Source: Octopus sinensis (lineage: Eukaryota). Taken from it: 64,000 nt of DNA. Positions 1-12,283 of the stretch are shown here, piece after piece (position 1 is the first letter of the stretch; each line of letters starts with the position of its first letter). The notes under the pieces were generated by a model. The model was given only the letters and a program-made list of their open reading frames with translations, ran no database searches and had not been told where the DNA came from. The translations under genes were made by a program, and so were the position numbers. Location of the stretch: the NCBI RefSeq assembly GCF_006345805.1, contig NC_042997.1, forward strand, positions 119,040,001-119,104,000. The letters are read 5' to 3'.

Positions 1-56
1 TGATAGAAGCATTTACCCATAAAGTGCCTGTGGCTAATAATATATATTCACACCAA

Positions 57-230
57 GGGGCGAACTGGCAGAATTATAAGCATGCTGGGCAAAATCCTTG
101 ACGGCATTTCGCCTAGTTTAAAGTTTTGGTGTTCAAATTCCACTGAGGACGACTTTCATCATTTCGGGGTCACCATCTCCCTCCAAATTGCTGATCGTGT
201 ACCAAAATCTGAAACCAATTTGCATTCAAA
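57..230 (+). mobile_element. Degenerate tRNA-derived SINE, family A
   Basis: ggcgaactggcagaa head and ttcaaattcc B-box-like motif match better family A copies such as 966-1196. Confidence 0.65.
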
Positions 231-567
231 TTCTTTATACTTTGCACAAAGCTCTTTACACAAATAAGACATCATGATTCTCTGCTTACATTTTATAGCA
301 TTCTACGTATTCTTACGGTAAATTTCAATCTCCTTAATATAACCATATATTTATGAGTATTGTCACGTTCCTTCTCCGAATATCCTACGAAATTGATGTG
401 CATTCATATTTTATTCTTTGTGGCAATTTCAGATATATATTAATGGTAATAGGAAACATATTACATCAAACATATTAACAGAAACAATTTATATGGTCCT
501 AAGAGACGTGAAATTCATATGACAGAAATACACTTTTGAAATTTGCTGGAGGCACAGGGTATAATAT

Positions 568-848
568 ACTTGTCTAATCTAGGCACAAGACCCACAATTT
601 GGTGGGAGGGGACCAGTCGATTAGATCGACACCAGTACGCAACTAGTACTTAGTTTATTGACCCCGAACGGGATGAAATGCATGGTTGACCTCCGGGGAA
701 TTTGAACTCAGGACGTAAGGACAGATGAAATACGTATTTCTTTACTACCCACAAGGGGATAAACACAGAGAGGACAAACAAGGACAGGCAAACAGATTAA
801 GTAGATTACATCGACCCCAGTGCGTAACTGGTACTTATTTAATAGAAT
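568..848 (-). mobile_element. SINE family A remnants (dimer-type junction)
   Basis: Reverse complement matches the family A body and tail; contains the tail-to-internal junction aaagaaatacgtatttc also seen at about 32940 and 34215. Confidence 0.75.
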
Positions 849-959
849 GTCGATGTAATCTACTTAATCTGTTTGCCTGTCCTTGTTTGTCCTCTCTGTG
901 TTTATCCCCTTGTGGGTAGTAAAGAAATACGTATTTCAGCTGTCCTTACGTCCCGAGTT
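705..959. repeat. Inverted repeat, 111-bp arms, 33-nt spacer
   Basis: 705-815 is the reverse complement of 849-959, with 2 mismatches by eye. Confidence 0.9.
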
Positions 960-965
960 TAATAG

Positions 966-1196
966 AAGGCGGCGAGCTGGCAGAAACGTTAGCACGCCGG
1001 GCGAAATGTGTAGCCGTGTTTCGTCTGCCGCTACGTTCTGAGTTCAAATTCCGCCGAGGTCGACTTTGACTTTCATCCTTTCGGGGTCGATTAAATAAGT
1101 ACCAGTTGCGTACTGGGATCGATATAATCGACTTAATCTGTTTGTCTGTCCTTGTTTGTCCTCTTTGTGTTTAGCCCCTTGTGGGTGGTAAAGAAA
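966..1196 (+). mobile_element. SINE family A, full-length monomer
   Basis: ggcggcgagctggcagaaacgttagcacg head, gagttcaaattcc B box, gtcgactttgactttcatcctttcggggtcga core, ccccttgtgggtggtaaagaaat tail; more than 10 copies in the window. Confidence 0.9.
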
Positions 1197-1335
1197 TGGT
1201 ACTTGTTTAATAGGCCTCGAAATGATGAAAGGCAAAGTCGACCTCGACGGAATTTGAACTCAGAACGTTTTGGTGGACGAAATACCGATATGCATTTCGA
1301 CCGGCGTGCTAAGGTTTCTGCTGGCTCGACGCCAT
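1197..1335 (-). mobile_element. SINE family A, 5' half
   Basis: Reverse complement of head and core; lies tail-to-tail with 966-1196. Confidence 0.8.
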
Positions 1336-1349
1336 TCCATAAAGGAATA

Positions 1350-1490
1350 TTCTTTTCTACTCTAGGCACAGAGCTCAAACTTTTGCGGGAAGGGGCCAGT
1401 CAATTAGGTCGACCCCAGTACGCAACTGGCACTTAATTTATCGATCTCGCGTTGTTGAAAGGGAAAGTAGACCTCGGTGGAATTTGCATA
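1350..1490 (-). mobile_element. SINE family A, variant tail
   Basis: Core plus alternative tail ctaggcac...ggggccagtc, shared with the copies at 568 and 27398. Confidence 0.7.
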
Positions 1491-1770
1491 TAAAGGAATA
1501 TCGATATTTGAATTTTATATATAAAGCTAATATGCTTATATACATATTAAATACATAAAACGAAATCGCTAAATACACACTCACACACACAGACACACAT
1601 ACACACAGACGCACACACACACACACATATATATAATATGGATTCACATAAATACATGCATACTCTCAAATATTTATACACATATATGGTACATAGATGT
1701 ATGTCAAATAGATGTATATGTTACATATATGCATATGTATTTACGTATATGTATGCGTGTATATATATAT

Positions 1771-2005
1771 ATTCTTTTATACTTTTAATTGTTTCAGTCA
1801 TTCGACTGCAGCCATGCTGGAGCACCGACATTTTTTAGTTGAACAAATCTACGCCAAGGCCTATTCTTTGAACGCCTAGTACTTATTCTATCCGTCTCTT
1901 TTGCCGAACGAGTAAATTACGGAGACGTAATCTCACAAACATCGGTTGTCAAGCGAAGGTGGAAGGACAAACACAGACACACAAACACATATATACATTA
2001 ACAGA

Positions 2006-2040
<35 letters not shown>

Positions 2041-2184
2041 GACTGTCTTCTTTCAGTTTCCGTCTAACCAATCCACTCACAAGATTTTGGTAAGCCTGAG
2101 GTTATAGTAGAAGACACTCGCCCAAGAAGAACCCGGAACCATGGCTTGTAAGCAAGCTACTTACCACACAACCACTCCTACGCC
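1771..2184 (-). mobile_element. tRNA-derived SINE family B (about 400 bp, internal TA/TG microsatellite)
   Basis: Matches 42150-42562 and 60603-60995 in reverse. Confidence 0.85.
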
Positions 2185-2477
2185 CATTTATATATACACA
2201 CACACATAGACATACACACACACATACGCATATATAGTAATGCCTCGATATACGAGTGAATTTGTTCCCGGAGACAGCTAATGGAAGTGAAAACTCGTAA
2301 AGCAGAGCAACAATATCCCATAGTAGCAATGTTATAAATCGTAATTGGATCCCAGAAAAATATTTTACCTATGAAATGTGTAAATCTTCTAAATAAATGG
2401 CAATAAAACAACAGTAGAATATAAAGAATATTTTAAGTAAAGTGAAGAGAATGTTAAGATCATTTCTAATTAAACAG

Positions 2478-2504
2478 TATTATTGTTATTATTATTATTA
2501 CTAC

Positions 2505-2594
<90 letters not shown>

Positions 2595-2648
2595 CATCAT
2601 CATCATCATCATCATCGTCGTCATCATCATCATCATCATCATCATAAT
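2478..2648. repeat. Compound (ATT)n/(ATC)n microsatellite
   Basis: Directly visible. Confidence 0.95.
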
Positions 2649-2659
2649 CAAGGGATTAA

Positions 2660-3143
2660 TCTTTGCCATAAAGTTTGAGGTCATCCATGAATAAGTAGTT
2701 GAATTTTTGGGGGCGACTTTTGAATATATACCCAGCCTTTGCTTATCTCAGTATATGTGTTATTGGTATCATGCACAGTACAAATATCAGTGGGGACAGG
2801 CCGTCCCCATGGAAGATGTCTCTACTGATTTCCATTGTCCCTAAATTTCTTCCATATGCTGTCAGTTCCGTCCTCCACGTCGCCATACTTTTTCCGAGTA
2901 ATCGCTCAACATGACATGGCTAAGTTAGATTCCTTGCTGTCTCTAAGTACAGTTTTGGCTATCAGGAGTTGATCCTTGGCACATCTGCACTTGTGCTTGC
3001 AACCCTTCTGCTCATGTGGCAGGACTCCATTTTTTTCCAGATGTCAGTACATTCCAATCAAAAATTTTCGCATAAGTGGCAAGCGGGATATCGCCTGTAA
3101 TTGCCTTTTTCCATGTTTCTCAAGCACAACACTGCCCTACACT
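2660..3143 (-). mobile_element. R4/Dong-type non-LTR retrotransposon RT fragment, degenerate
   Basis: Minus-strand translation across frameshifts gives [49 protein letters not shown] and YLFMDDLKLYGKD. Confidence 0.8.
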
Positions 3144-3165
3144 GTATATATATATATATATATAT

Positions 3166-3460
3166 CACGTCACGTGACCGACCAGGCTATCACATGTTGC
3201 TACACATCGCTGGTCACAATGCGTTTCGCATTGTTTGAGCCTTCAAATGACGCCATCCCGATGGCTAAGCGAGCAGAAGAAAGAGTGAGAGAAAGTTGCG
3301 GCGAAAGAGTACAGCAGGAATCACCCCCCCCCTGCCGGAGCATCGTGGAGCTTTGGGTGTTTTCGCTCAATAAACACTCACAACGCCCGCTCTGGGAATC
3401 GAAACCGCGATGCTACGACCGCGAGTCCGCTGCCCTAATCACTGGGCCATTGCGCCTCTC
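3166..3460 (-). mobile_element. tRNA-derived SINE family D
   Basis: Minus-strand head ggcgcaatggcccagtgattaggg...ggtttcgattccc (A and B boxes); tail hairpin caatgcg-aaa-cgcattg. Confidence 0.75.
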
Positions 3461-3468
3461 TCTCACTA

Positions 3469-3513
<45 letters not shown>

Positions 3514-3549
3514 ATATTATATAATATATATATATAATATATATATTAT

Positions 3550-3630
<81 letters not shown>

Positions 3631-4327
3631 ATTACAGCGTGGAAGGTGTTTGTAAGCCATTTAAGAAACACACAAAACACGTTCGATTCGCTTCAACATT
3701 TAAGTTTAATTTGTCAAAATATTTTCGTCGCTTTAAGACTGCGACCTGTTCACTGACAAAAATCCGTGCTGCATCTGAGAAAGTAACAGTTAGTTCGTTA
3801 TATATATGTACGTATGTAAGTGTGTATGTATGTATGCACGCATGTATGCATGCATGCATGTATGTATGTATGTAGGTACGTACGCATGTGAGTATGTATG
3901 TATGCATGTTTGTATATGCACGCACACATATATACATATATACATGTGCGTGCATATATACATATATACGTATATACGTGTGCGTACATATACACAGATA
4001 TACATATATACACACATACATACATACATACACACATGCGTACTACCTACATACATACACACATGCGTACGTACCTACATACATACATACATACATGCAT
4101 GCATGCATGCATACATGCGTGCATACATACATACACACATACATACGTACATATATATAACAAACTAACTGTTACTTTCTCAGATGCAGCACGGATTTTT
4201 GTCAGTGAACAGGTCGCGGTCTTAAAGTGACGAAAATATTTTGACAAATTAAACTTAATTGTTGAAGTGAATCGAACGGGTTTTGTGTGTTTCTTAAATG
4301 GCTTACAAACACCTTCCACGCTGCAAT
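3631..4327. repeat. Long inverted repeat, about 270-bp arms
   Basis: 3631 to about 3900 is the reverse complement of about 4055 to 4327, including the low-complexity interior; roughly 95% identity by eye. Confidence 0.9.
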
Positions 4328-4414
4328 TGTGTTCGTTTCAACACACGATCTCAGAGCAAATCACTTGCTATGCAAGTACATCTCCGTAGTATATATATAT
4401 ATATATATATATAT

Positions 4415-4720
4415 ATGTGAGGTTTGTGGGTGTAGACTCCCCTAGTTTCACCTCCATGGATCGCATCAGTAGCAACCACGTCTACAATTTCGGCTAGGTT
4501 CTTAAGTGTGATCAACAGATATTACTTACGTCACCTAGTCATCTGATTCTTCGTCTAGCTCAAGACCTGCCGATTTGCTCTGCTTTAATACTCCTTCATG
4601 CTGATTTTCTTGCGACAACCAATGTTCTAACTATTAAATAGATTGAGTCAAGCATTCCACAGATATAGTAAGGATAAAAATGGCCAGGGTATGAACCGTA
4701 ATCTCCTCTGTTGGATGTTC
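4415..4720 (-). mobile_element. Possible decayed RTE-type LINE 3' end
   Basis: Minus-strand QIGRS*ARRRIR*LGDV resembles the RTE C-terminal GRRxRGRPRxRWxDxV motif. Confidence 0.35.
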
Positions 4721-6099
4721 GCTACAGAAATATCTAGATAATATTTAGCACTGATTGCGTTAAGAAATTTAAAATACACCATTTAAGAAAAAAAAAGTAT
4801 GCTCAAATATATACCACAGTATTTGTTGAAAAGTGTTGGAAATATCGATAAATTCTTTTGACAGCAAATGTATCTCTTACGTCATTTCTTATTACTTATT
4901 GCCTTATATAGAAATGTGACAACATTCCTCTTAATATTACGTGCAAGATGTAAATTAGTCTGTGAAGTTCATGAAGTTTACTTTCGTTTAAACAAAAGAT
5001 AATTGATAAAATAAATTTTGATAATGTATAATTAAGACAAAGAATGAACTTCGGCCTTTGAAATAAATTTGCATCATGTAAATAAAGCTGAAACGTTCAT
5101 ATTCGAAAATACGTAAAATATTTAACATATAGAATATATTACAGTGCGACATTGAACGTAATAGCAAACATACCACTATTAACCCAAGATAAATGAATAC
5201 GAAACCTTATAGTTTGAAATTGAATTCCAATATAAATATGGCAACGAAATTGAAAATGAAAGATATTGAAGTTGATTTTAATAATAATAACTAGAACAAT
5301 CGCGAGAAAACATTATAAACGAAAATAGTTCGACCGCCAATAATAATGTTCATCATGTTTAATTTAATTAAAAAGGCTATCCATTTTGTTGGCAGACGGT
5401 TAGTCGGCACCTGAAGACTGTGTAAATAAACTATACTCCGTTTTATCAACTGCGGAGGGAAGAAAGACGAAGTTGCCGTGAGCGTTATTTGAACTCAAGA
5501 AATTTCCGAGAATTTGTTCGGCGATCTATCAACTTTCCAAAGACGCAAACCTCTACCTACAACAACAACAACAACAACAACAACAAAAATAATAGTAATT
5601 GTTTCAAATTTTGGCACAACGCCAGCACGTTTGGGGAAGGAATACGTCGATGATATTGACCCCACCACTGAAGTCGTACATATTTTATAGACTCAGAGAG
5701 GTTGTAAGGCTAAGACGACATCGGTGGCATTTAATATAGAACATAAATACAGGCAAAATGCTGCTATGAATTTTGCCTGGTGCACTATTTCTTCTAAGCA
5801 GGATTGTAACAAAAGTAGAAAGAATAATGTAAAAATCTTTATTTCAACGCTCAAACAATTCTGTTTCATATCAAACTAATTACAATAATTATTCATGTTA
5901 TGTTCTCGGAACGCTATCTTATGATCTTTACTGCCACATATGCAGCAACTATGCCTTTTTAGGAATCGTCGGTTTAATTTATCTTTTCACCTTGTCACTG
6001 ATACAATGTATCTTGTAGATATTTTGTTTTGTTTTCTTTTCAGTTTGTTCATATAACACCCGATCGATTAATTGTTCCTGGAATCAGGCTTTGACGTCA

Positions 6100-6765
6100 T
6101 TACAATTCAGCAATATTTCCTAATGGTGAAAACATCTTATATCAGTTTGTATCTGTGACAATATCTGTAACCGTGAATGCAGTATTACTGAAACTCGTGT
6201 AATTATTTGCCCTCCTGTTGCCATACATGGTGCGTCTTTACTGCACGTCTCCCGAAAGTCGTAAATCAGCCATTTCCTGTACCGATTTACGAAGAAATTC
6301 GTCGAGAAATTAGACACTTTTATTGCGATGTAACCCGTTAATACCATCACCATTCTTTCTGACGTATGACCAGTCGATTTTCTAGAAGCATCCCAGTTTA
6401 GAAAAACACGGACGTTTTAGTGGTGATCTTTTGTGCCCCACATCACTCCTTGTTAAATTACCAGTTCATACAATTCTGTTAATTGTTAATTGTTAAATTA
6501 CCAGCTCATACAATTCTGTTAATGGTTGATATCACCATTCAGCTTTTATCTTTGTAAATTATTGGAAGCGTGGCTTCTGCTTTTTTGTTAATCCCTACTC
6601 CTCTTCAATGCTAATTTACAATATGATAAGTCTGCCCAGTCCTGGAAGGGGGTAGCTGCCGGTAAACATTACTGGTAACAACGAAAAGAAGACAAGAAGA
6701 CGATGCCACTTGCTTATGTGCTGATTATCCTTGGAGCTGTAATAGGAGACGACAATATGTAAACC
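6100..6765 (-). mobile_element. Possible decayed RTE-type LINE 5' region or APE N-terminus
   Basis: Weak peptide resemblance (VQEMADL, GGQ..RVSVIL); no intact motif. Confidence 0.3.
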
Positions 6766-6834
6766 CGTAAAAGCTGCCATAATGTTTTATATTTCGAAAT
6801 CCATTCACAGTGTTTCCTTTTCTTTCTTTCTTAC

Positions 6835-6910
6835 CCTATGCAGAAAGATCTCCAGCAGTATTTAGTGCATTCTATATAGAAACTGGGCCTTCTGTTGTGC
6901 GTCATATATG
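6835..6910 (-). CDS. Candidate 76-nt exon (AYMTHNRRPSFYIECTKYCWRSFCIG)
   Basis: Acceptor ccattttcgttccag, donor G|gtaaga; only the phase-1 frame is open, matching the phase of exon 14529-14591. Confidence 0.35.
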
Positions 6911-7089
6911 CTGGAACGAAAATGGTACAATTTATATTTGGAAATTAGAGCATAGTTTTGAGAAAGATTTTCATTATTTATTTTCATGTAATATACAATC
7001 CTGAAGTGGATAATAAAGAGCCTGGTATTATGCTAAATGCACTATTTTCAGTGTTTACTTCTCAACGTCAGTTTAAAGTAAGGAAAAAT

Positions 7090-7950
7090 TAATGTCGAAT
7101 GAACTGTATATACAAAGTATATAAAAAAAAGTAAACGCTATTAGCAGAACTTAAGTTAAGATTCTAAAACTTTGGAGTCGATAGAATAATCCTGAAGGTC
7201 GCAGTCGATGTTCCGCAATTGTAAACAATCATTTGAAGGTGAATTTAGATGCAGAATTACGCAAAACAACAAAGGAGACTACACATGAAGTAATGTAAAA
7301 CATTCGAGTTGTTTGACATTTGCTTCACATTGAATTGTTATGAAAGCTGGACAAAATAAAAACTGTTGTAGAAGCTAAAGCTGAACGAATAAATTCACTG
7401 TTTGCATGTCTGCATGCAACGAAGGCGATCCATTTGGTGATGATATGTGACGAAAAATATATTACATTGCACAAAAGACAGCGTTCTTTGTTGTGGCTGA
7501 TCTAAAAAAACACCCTCAAAATTTATGATTTTAAACTGAAGTTTTATGGCTAGTGTCTTGCAGTCGGCAAGTAAAACAAATCACTAACAATTCTTGATTT
7601 TTGGCGAAGCACCACAGTAAAGATATATTGCCAGAATATATGGTTATATGCATTAAGTGCAAAGTTTATGACCCATTTGTTCACATTTCTCTAAAGTTAA
7701 TTGCAGAGATAAATAAGACTAGAATACGAAGCTATACTTTATTCGGTTTGCTTTCAACCCTCTCTCGAAAATTCTACTACATTTTGGAGAAGCAGCTCAA
7801 TAGCTTCCTGCAAAAGTATTTCAGAACAAAACTGACTAAAACTAGCTTCAAAAATTTCATTGTCTTCGGGATCTTATTGTGAATAGTTTGAGTTTCGTGC
7901 TGATGTAATTGTATAGACACTAATGGATAATGCTTAAACAGAAATAATCT
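7090..7950 (+). mobile_element. Mariner-family transposase relic
   Basis: Colinear degenerate motifs: ELRKTTKE..HLLHIE..KLDK, MICDEKYI..RQRSLLWL (cf. IVTCDEKWI), YYILEKQLNSFLQKYF..FKNFI, CIDTNG; many stops. Confidence 0.7.
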
Positions 7951-10109
7951 TGTGAGCTATAAGTTGCTGTAACAAATGATGATTTACACCTGTAATCACA
8001 CACACACACACACACACGCACGCACACACACACATACACGCACACACACACACACACATACACACACACACACACACACACAAACACGCATGTATGTGAA
8101 TCAGCCTGATAATCCTATTCTGTCTTCATCTTGAGGCTATCAATACTTATCAAAGTAGTGGCAGCGACAGAGTGACCGCTCGCTCACTTGCTGCGCAATG
8201 GTGATGAAAAGCCAAGCAACGATGTCGTGCTAATATTTAAGGTAAAACCTGTTGTTTCGGACACCTCTACGTTAGGATACGCTCTTAGAGGTGGCATCTT
8301 ATCTTATACACTAAATTACCACGCTTTTGATTTCAATTTGCTGCAAGAAACTTGATGGGAACCAGGTTTGCATATTTACAACTTTCCTCTCTTATAATAG
8401 AGTCTGAATTTTAATTGTCAAATAACTTCATAATCCGACCAAGTTCTCCAAATTTGGGTGGTATGCAAATAATCGCCTTTACTCTATATTCTTACACTAA
8501 AAGACGGTTTCTGCCATTGGCATTTTCTTCTGCTCCTCAGTTTTTGAAAGTATGGTGCAGGGTACGCGAAGATGGAGACAACCAGGAAAAACACTGCACA
8601 ATTTGTATACTTGTGTTATTTGCATCTATATTATTTGTGCTGTTTAGATAATTGTGTGTGTGAGAGCGAGTGTGGGTGTGTGTATGTATACGAGTGTTTG
8701 ACTGTGGAAATTTCGTTCTCTACATGGTGTCTAGTCGTTTTCAATTTTCATGCAGTTCTTGGTATACGTGCGATCATTAAAACGTTATTGTTGCTTATTT
8801 TGCTGTTGTAGTCGTTACTTCTTTCTGTCTCAGGTGCAGACAAAGGTATAGTACATAAAATTTCTCTTCATCATATGACAGAAGAGGTAACAAAGTGCCC
8901 CAGCGTGGCCATATCTTTGAGCTGAAACAGATGAAGAAAGTGAAGAAAGTCACGAGTTGTTCATGGTTTAAAATACGTAGCATTCGCACGTTAAATTCTT
9001 CCATACAACACAACCATGCATCCCGCTTTCGAAGTAAATAAAATTGCTAATATTGCCACATCTATAATTCATGTCAGTAAGTCGGGCCTCTGGCGATATT
9101 CCTGATGATGTAGACTGGCACGTAGATAAGAATTTTCCACTGAATAACCATCAGTTATCATGAGTGGTTAGAAGACACGGGTGTTCTCTCACTCTGTCAC
9201 TTCGTTATTCAATCATAAATAAATTCTCAATGAATCAATAGTTGTTAAAAGATTGAACAAATTATGTTCGAAGAAGAGATTGCTTACATAATTACTTATT
9301 TTAAACATCACCTATATATAGACTAAGAGAAAATGTATTTGCGTGCTTCTCTAATCGCACTGAAATTAATTCAAAACCACTTATGTTTGAGAGGTACAAA
9401 AGAGACGATATAGATTATTCGAATCCCTTGCAGCATTTTAGCTTTTGTCACGCTACGCATGAAATTCAAGTTTCGGTGTACAGATGTTAACGTTTATCTA
9501 CATCCGGAAAGGAAGCAACGTAATATAGTGTTCATGAACCAAATATATCCTTCTTAATTTTGGCCTTCTGTCCGAATTATCAGTCATTTACCTACCTAAA
9601 ATATTGATTCTTGACAACTGTATCTTTTGTTTTGGCTGGTCACGATGAATTAAACCGACCACAGAATGTGAGTGGTATTTGCTTTATTTATCTGCCAAAT
9701 AACACTGACAGGTTAACCAAACTCAGCGATATTTGAATTTGCGAACTTTATTTAATACAACAAAGAATCACAAAATTTATTGCGATGCACCTTTGATTCT
9801 CTTTTCCAAGACTCATATTAAAACACAGGGTTGATTTAATCGATTTTTTATCTCTCTTTGAAATGTTTTTGGTCTATGTTTGTCAGCTTAGGGGAATCGT
9901 TAGAATATTGCCCGCAAAGCTTTGCATTAATTGTGCCGCCTCTTTTGTTCTGATTTTGAATGTTACCAAAGTCAAATATTCTTTACATCCTTCCCTCTTT
10001 GATAAAATGCACCACCGGTTTAGCGTCCGAGTCTATGACGTCAGTTAGCGCGCTCCCTTAGGAATTGCAGACCTTATGCCTATGTCATGAGCGTTGTATT
10101 GATATCATC

Positions 10110-10820
10110 GGTGTCGTCATCATTATCATCATCATCATCATCATTATCGTTGTCGTCGTCGTCGTCTTTGTCGTCGTCATCGTCATCATCATCATCATCG
10201 TCGTCGTAATCTTTGTTGTCGTCGTCGTTCTTATTCTCTCCATCTTTTCTTATCCTTCTCCTTCTTCTTCTTTTTCTTCTTCTCTTCTCCTTGTTCTTCT
10301 TTTTCTTTTTCTTCTTCTCTTCTCCTTGTTCTTCTTTTTCTTTTTTCTTCTTCTTCTCTTCTCTTTGTTCTTCTTTTTCTTTTTCTTCTTCTTCTTCTTC
10401 TTCTTGTTCTTCTCCTTCTTCTCCTTCTTCTCCTTCTCCTTCTTCTCCTTCTCCTATCCTTCTTCTTCTTTTTCTTTCTTTCTTCTTCTTCTCTTCTCCT
10501 TGTTCTTCTTTTTCTTTTTCTTCTTCTTCTTCTTTTTCTTCTTCTTTTTCTTCTCCTTCTTCTTCTCCTTCTCCTTCTCCTTCTTCTTCTTCTCCTTCTT
10601 CTCTTCTCCTTGTTTTCTTTTTTCTTTTTTCTTCTTCTTCTTCTTCTTCTTCTTCTTTTTCTTCTTCTTCTTTTTCTTTTTCTTCTTCTTCTTCTTCTTC
10701 TTCTTCTCCTTCTTCTTCTCCTTCTTCTTCTCCTTCTTCTTCTTCTTCTTCTTCTTCTTCTTCTCCTTCTTCTTCTTCTTCTCCTTCTCCTTCTCCTTCT
10801 TCTTCTTCTACTTCTTCTTT
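10110..10820. repeat. (ATC/GTC)n followed by about 590-bp (TTC/TCT/TCC)n polypyrimidine tract
   Basis: Directly visible. Confidence 0.95.
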
Positions 10821-12240
10821 TCACGTTAATGAATGTGAAAATCAGTAAAACCAATGGCCATAATCCTGTAGCTTGCACACGTCAGCGTTTTGCTTTCAAA
10901 TTCTTACGGAATTGTGTTTTGCCTCTTAAAACATCCTACGACCATTTGCAAATAATATTAGAAAAGTCGATTCAGTGGTCTACACCATACTCCCTGTTGA
11001 TGTAATGTAGTTGGACCAATGTAATAAATTAATATTATGCTTTTCTTTTCTCTAAATTCATATTCTCATAAGTCCTCTGTGAACGTTATACATCCCTGAT
11101 GTCTTAATGGTAGACACTGTCTCCACATATTCTGTAAACACACTAACCGTAGTTTGTTTCTTCTTCTGGCTTTACACGGTATCATTATGTTCTTTATCTA
11201 CTTCGAGGTCTCTCATCAAAAACGAATTATTTCACATATGTTGAAATTTTAAAATTATTATGACATAAATAGAAATTCTGTTTACCTCTAATTTGCTAAC
11301 GATACCTTACTTAGTGACTATGAGAGTCGCTTAGATTTTCCTATCTATTTGGCTGAGAACTTTTCATTGTTTTCTTCTATATCTATAACAATGTAATACT
11401 GAGAACCTATTTATAAGTATGCATGATCTATATAGGTCACTGAAACAGATAGTTCGTTAAAAGTAATTTCTACGAAACGTGCGAAATGGAAACTACCATT
11501 GTCAAAAAAGGAAAATAGAAAGAAGATTGCGAAGCTATAGTTGATAACAACAGTGCAATCTGCACTGATAGAAGCACAGAAATGGATCGGTATTGATAGC
11601 GTGAGCAGATGATTACGATTGTAGAGACTACCATAAATGACTAATTGCAAATGGAACGAAGAAAAATTCCTTTCATGTGAAAAACCATTTTGAGAAATTA
11701 CGAGGAATTTTTCCACTACTTATTAGCTGATTACCTTTTAGAGGTAAAACGTCAGTTGATGGTTACGATGCATTCACTTCCCTCTTTCACACGTCCTTTT
11801 TTCACGATACTGAAAATGAAAAGAAAATTATAGGTAGGATGAGGAAAATGTTTAATGACACGTGATCTATTCAAGGCGATGAAAAGACAAATTCACATAA
11901 AGATAGCATTCACATCAGATATCACCTATATATCATTCTACAATGCGTTGGTTTTCTTTTCCTGTGATTCTCAAATTGTAATCGATATACTGGGAATAAA
12001 AGCTGAAATAGCATTTGGAAAATAAAATGCATATATATGTAGTTCATTCCTGCTTTAAAGCAATATGGAATTTAGCATGAAACAGAAATAAAAAAAAAAC
12101 TTAGAAGAGAAAACATCTGCAGTAAAATACATCTAATATCGCATCAATAATATGGGCTTTAATTAGACATTATCACAAGAATGATAAATTTTAATACCTC
12201 AAAGTTTCAATAGCATACACATACTACATACATACATACA

Positions 12241-12283
<43 letters not shown>

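Noticed and set aside
2240-2400. Possible next coding exon (..GKIFFWDPITIYNIATMGYCC..)
   Set aside because: Open frame but ambiguous acceptor and weak donor.
6600-6765. HDV-like ribozyme at the putative RTE 5' end (also sought at the R4/Dong 5' end near 52800)
   Set aside because: Could not build P1, P3 and L3 by eye.
8835-8890. Plus-strand mini-exon (ADKGIVHKISLHHMTEE)
   Set aside because: Isolated, with no partner exons or recognisable domain.
10065-11005. Long ORFs (254, 211, 215, 131 aa) in the track
   Set aside because: Translations of TTC/TCT repeats (poly-F/S/L/R); no coding signal.
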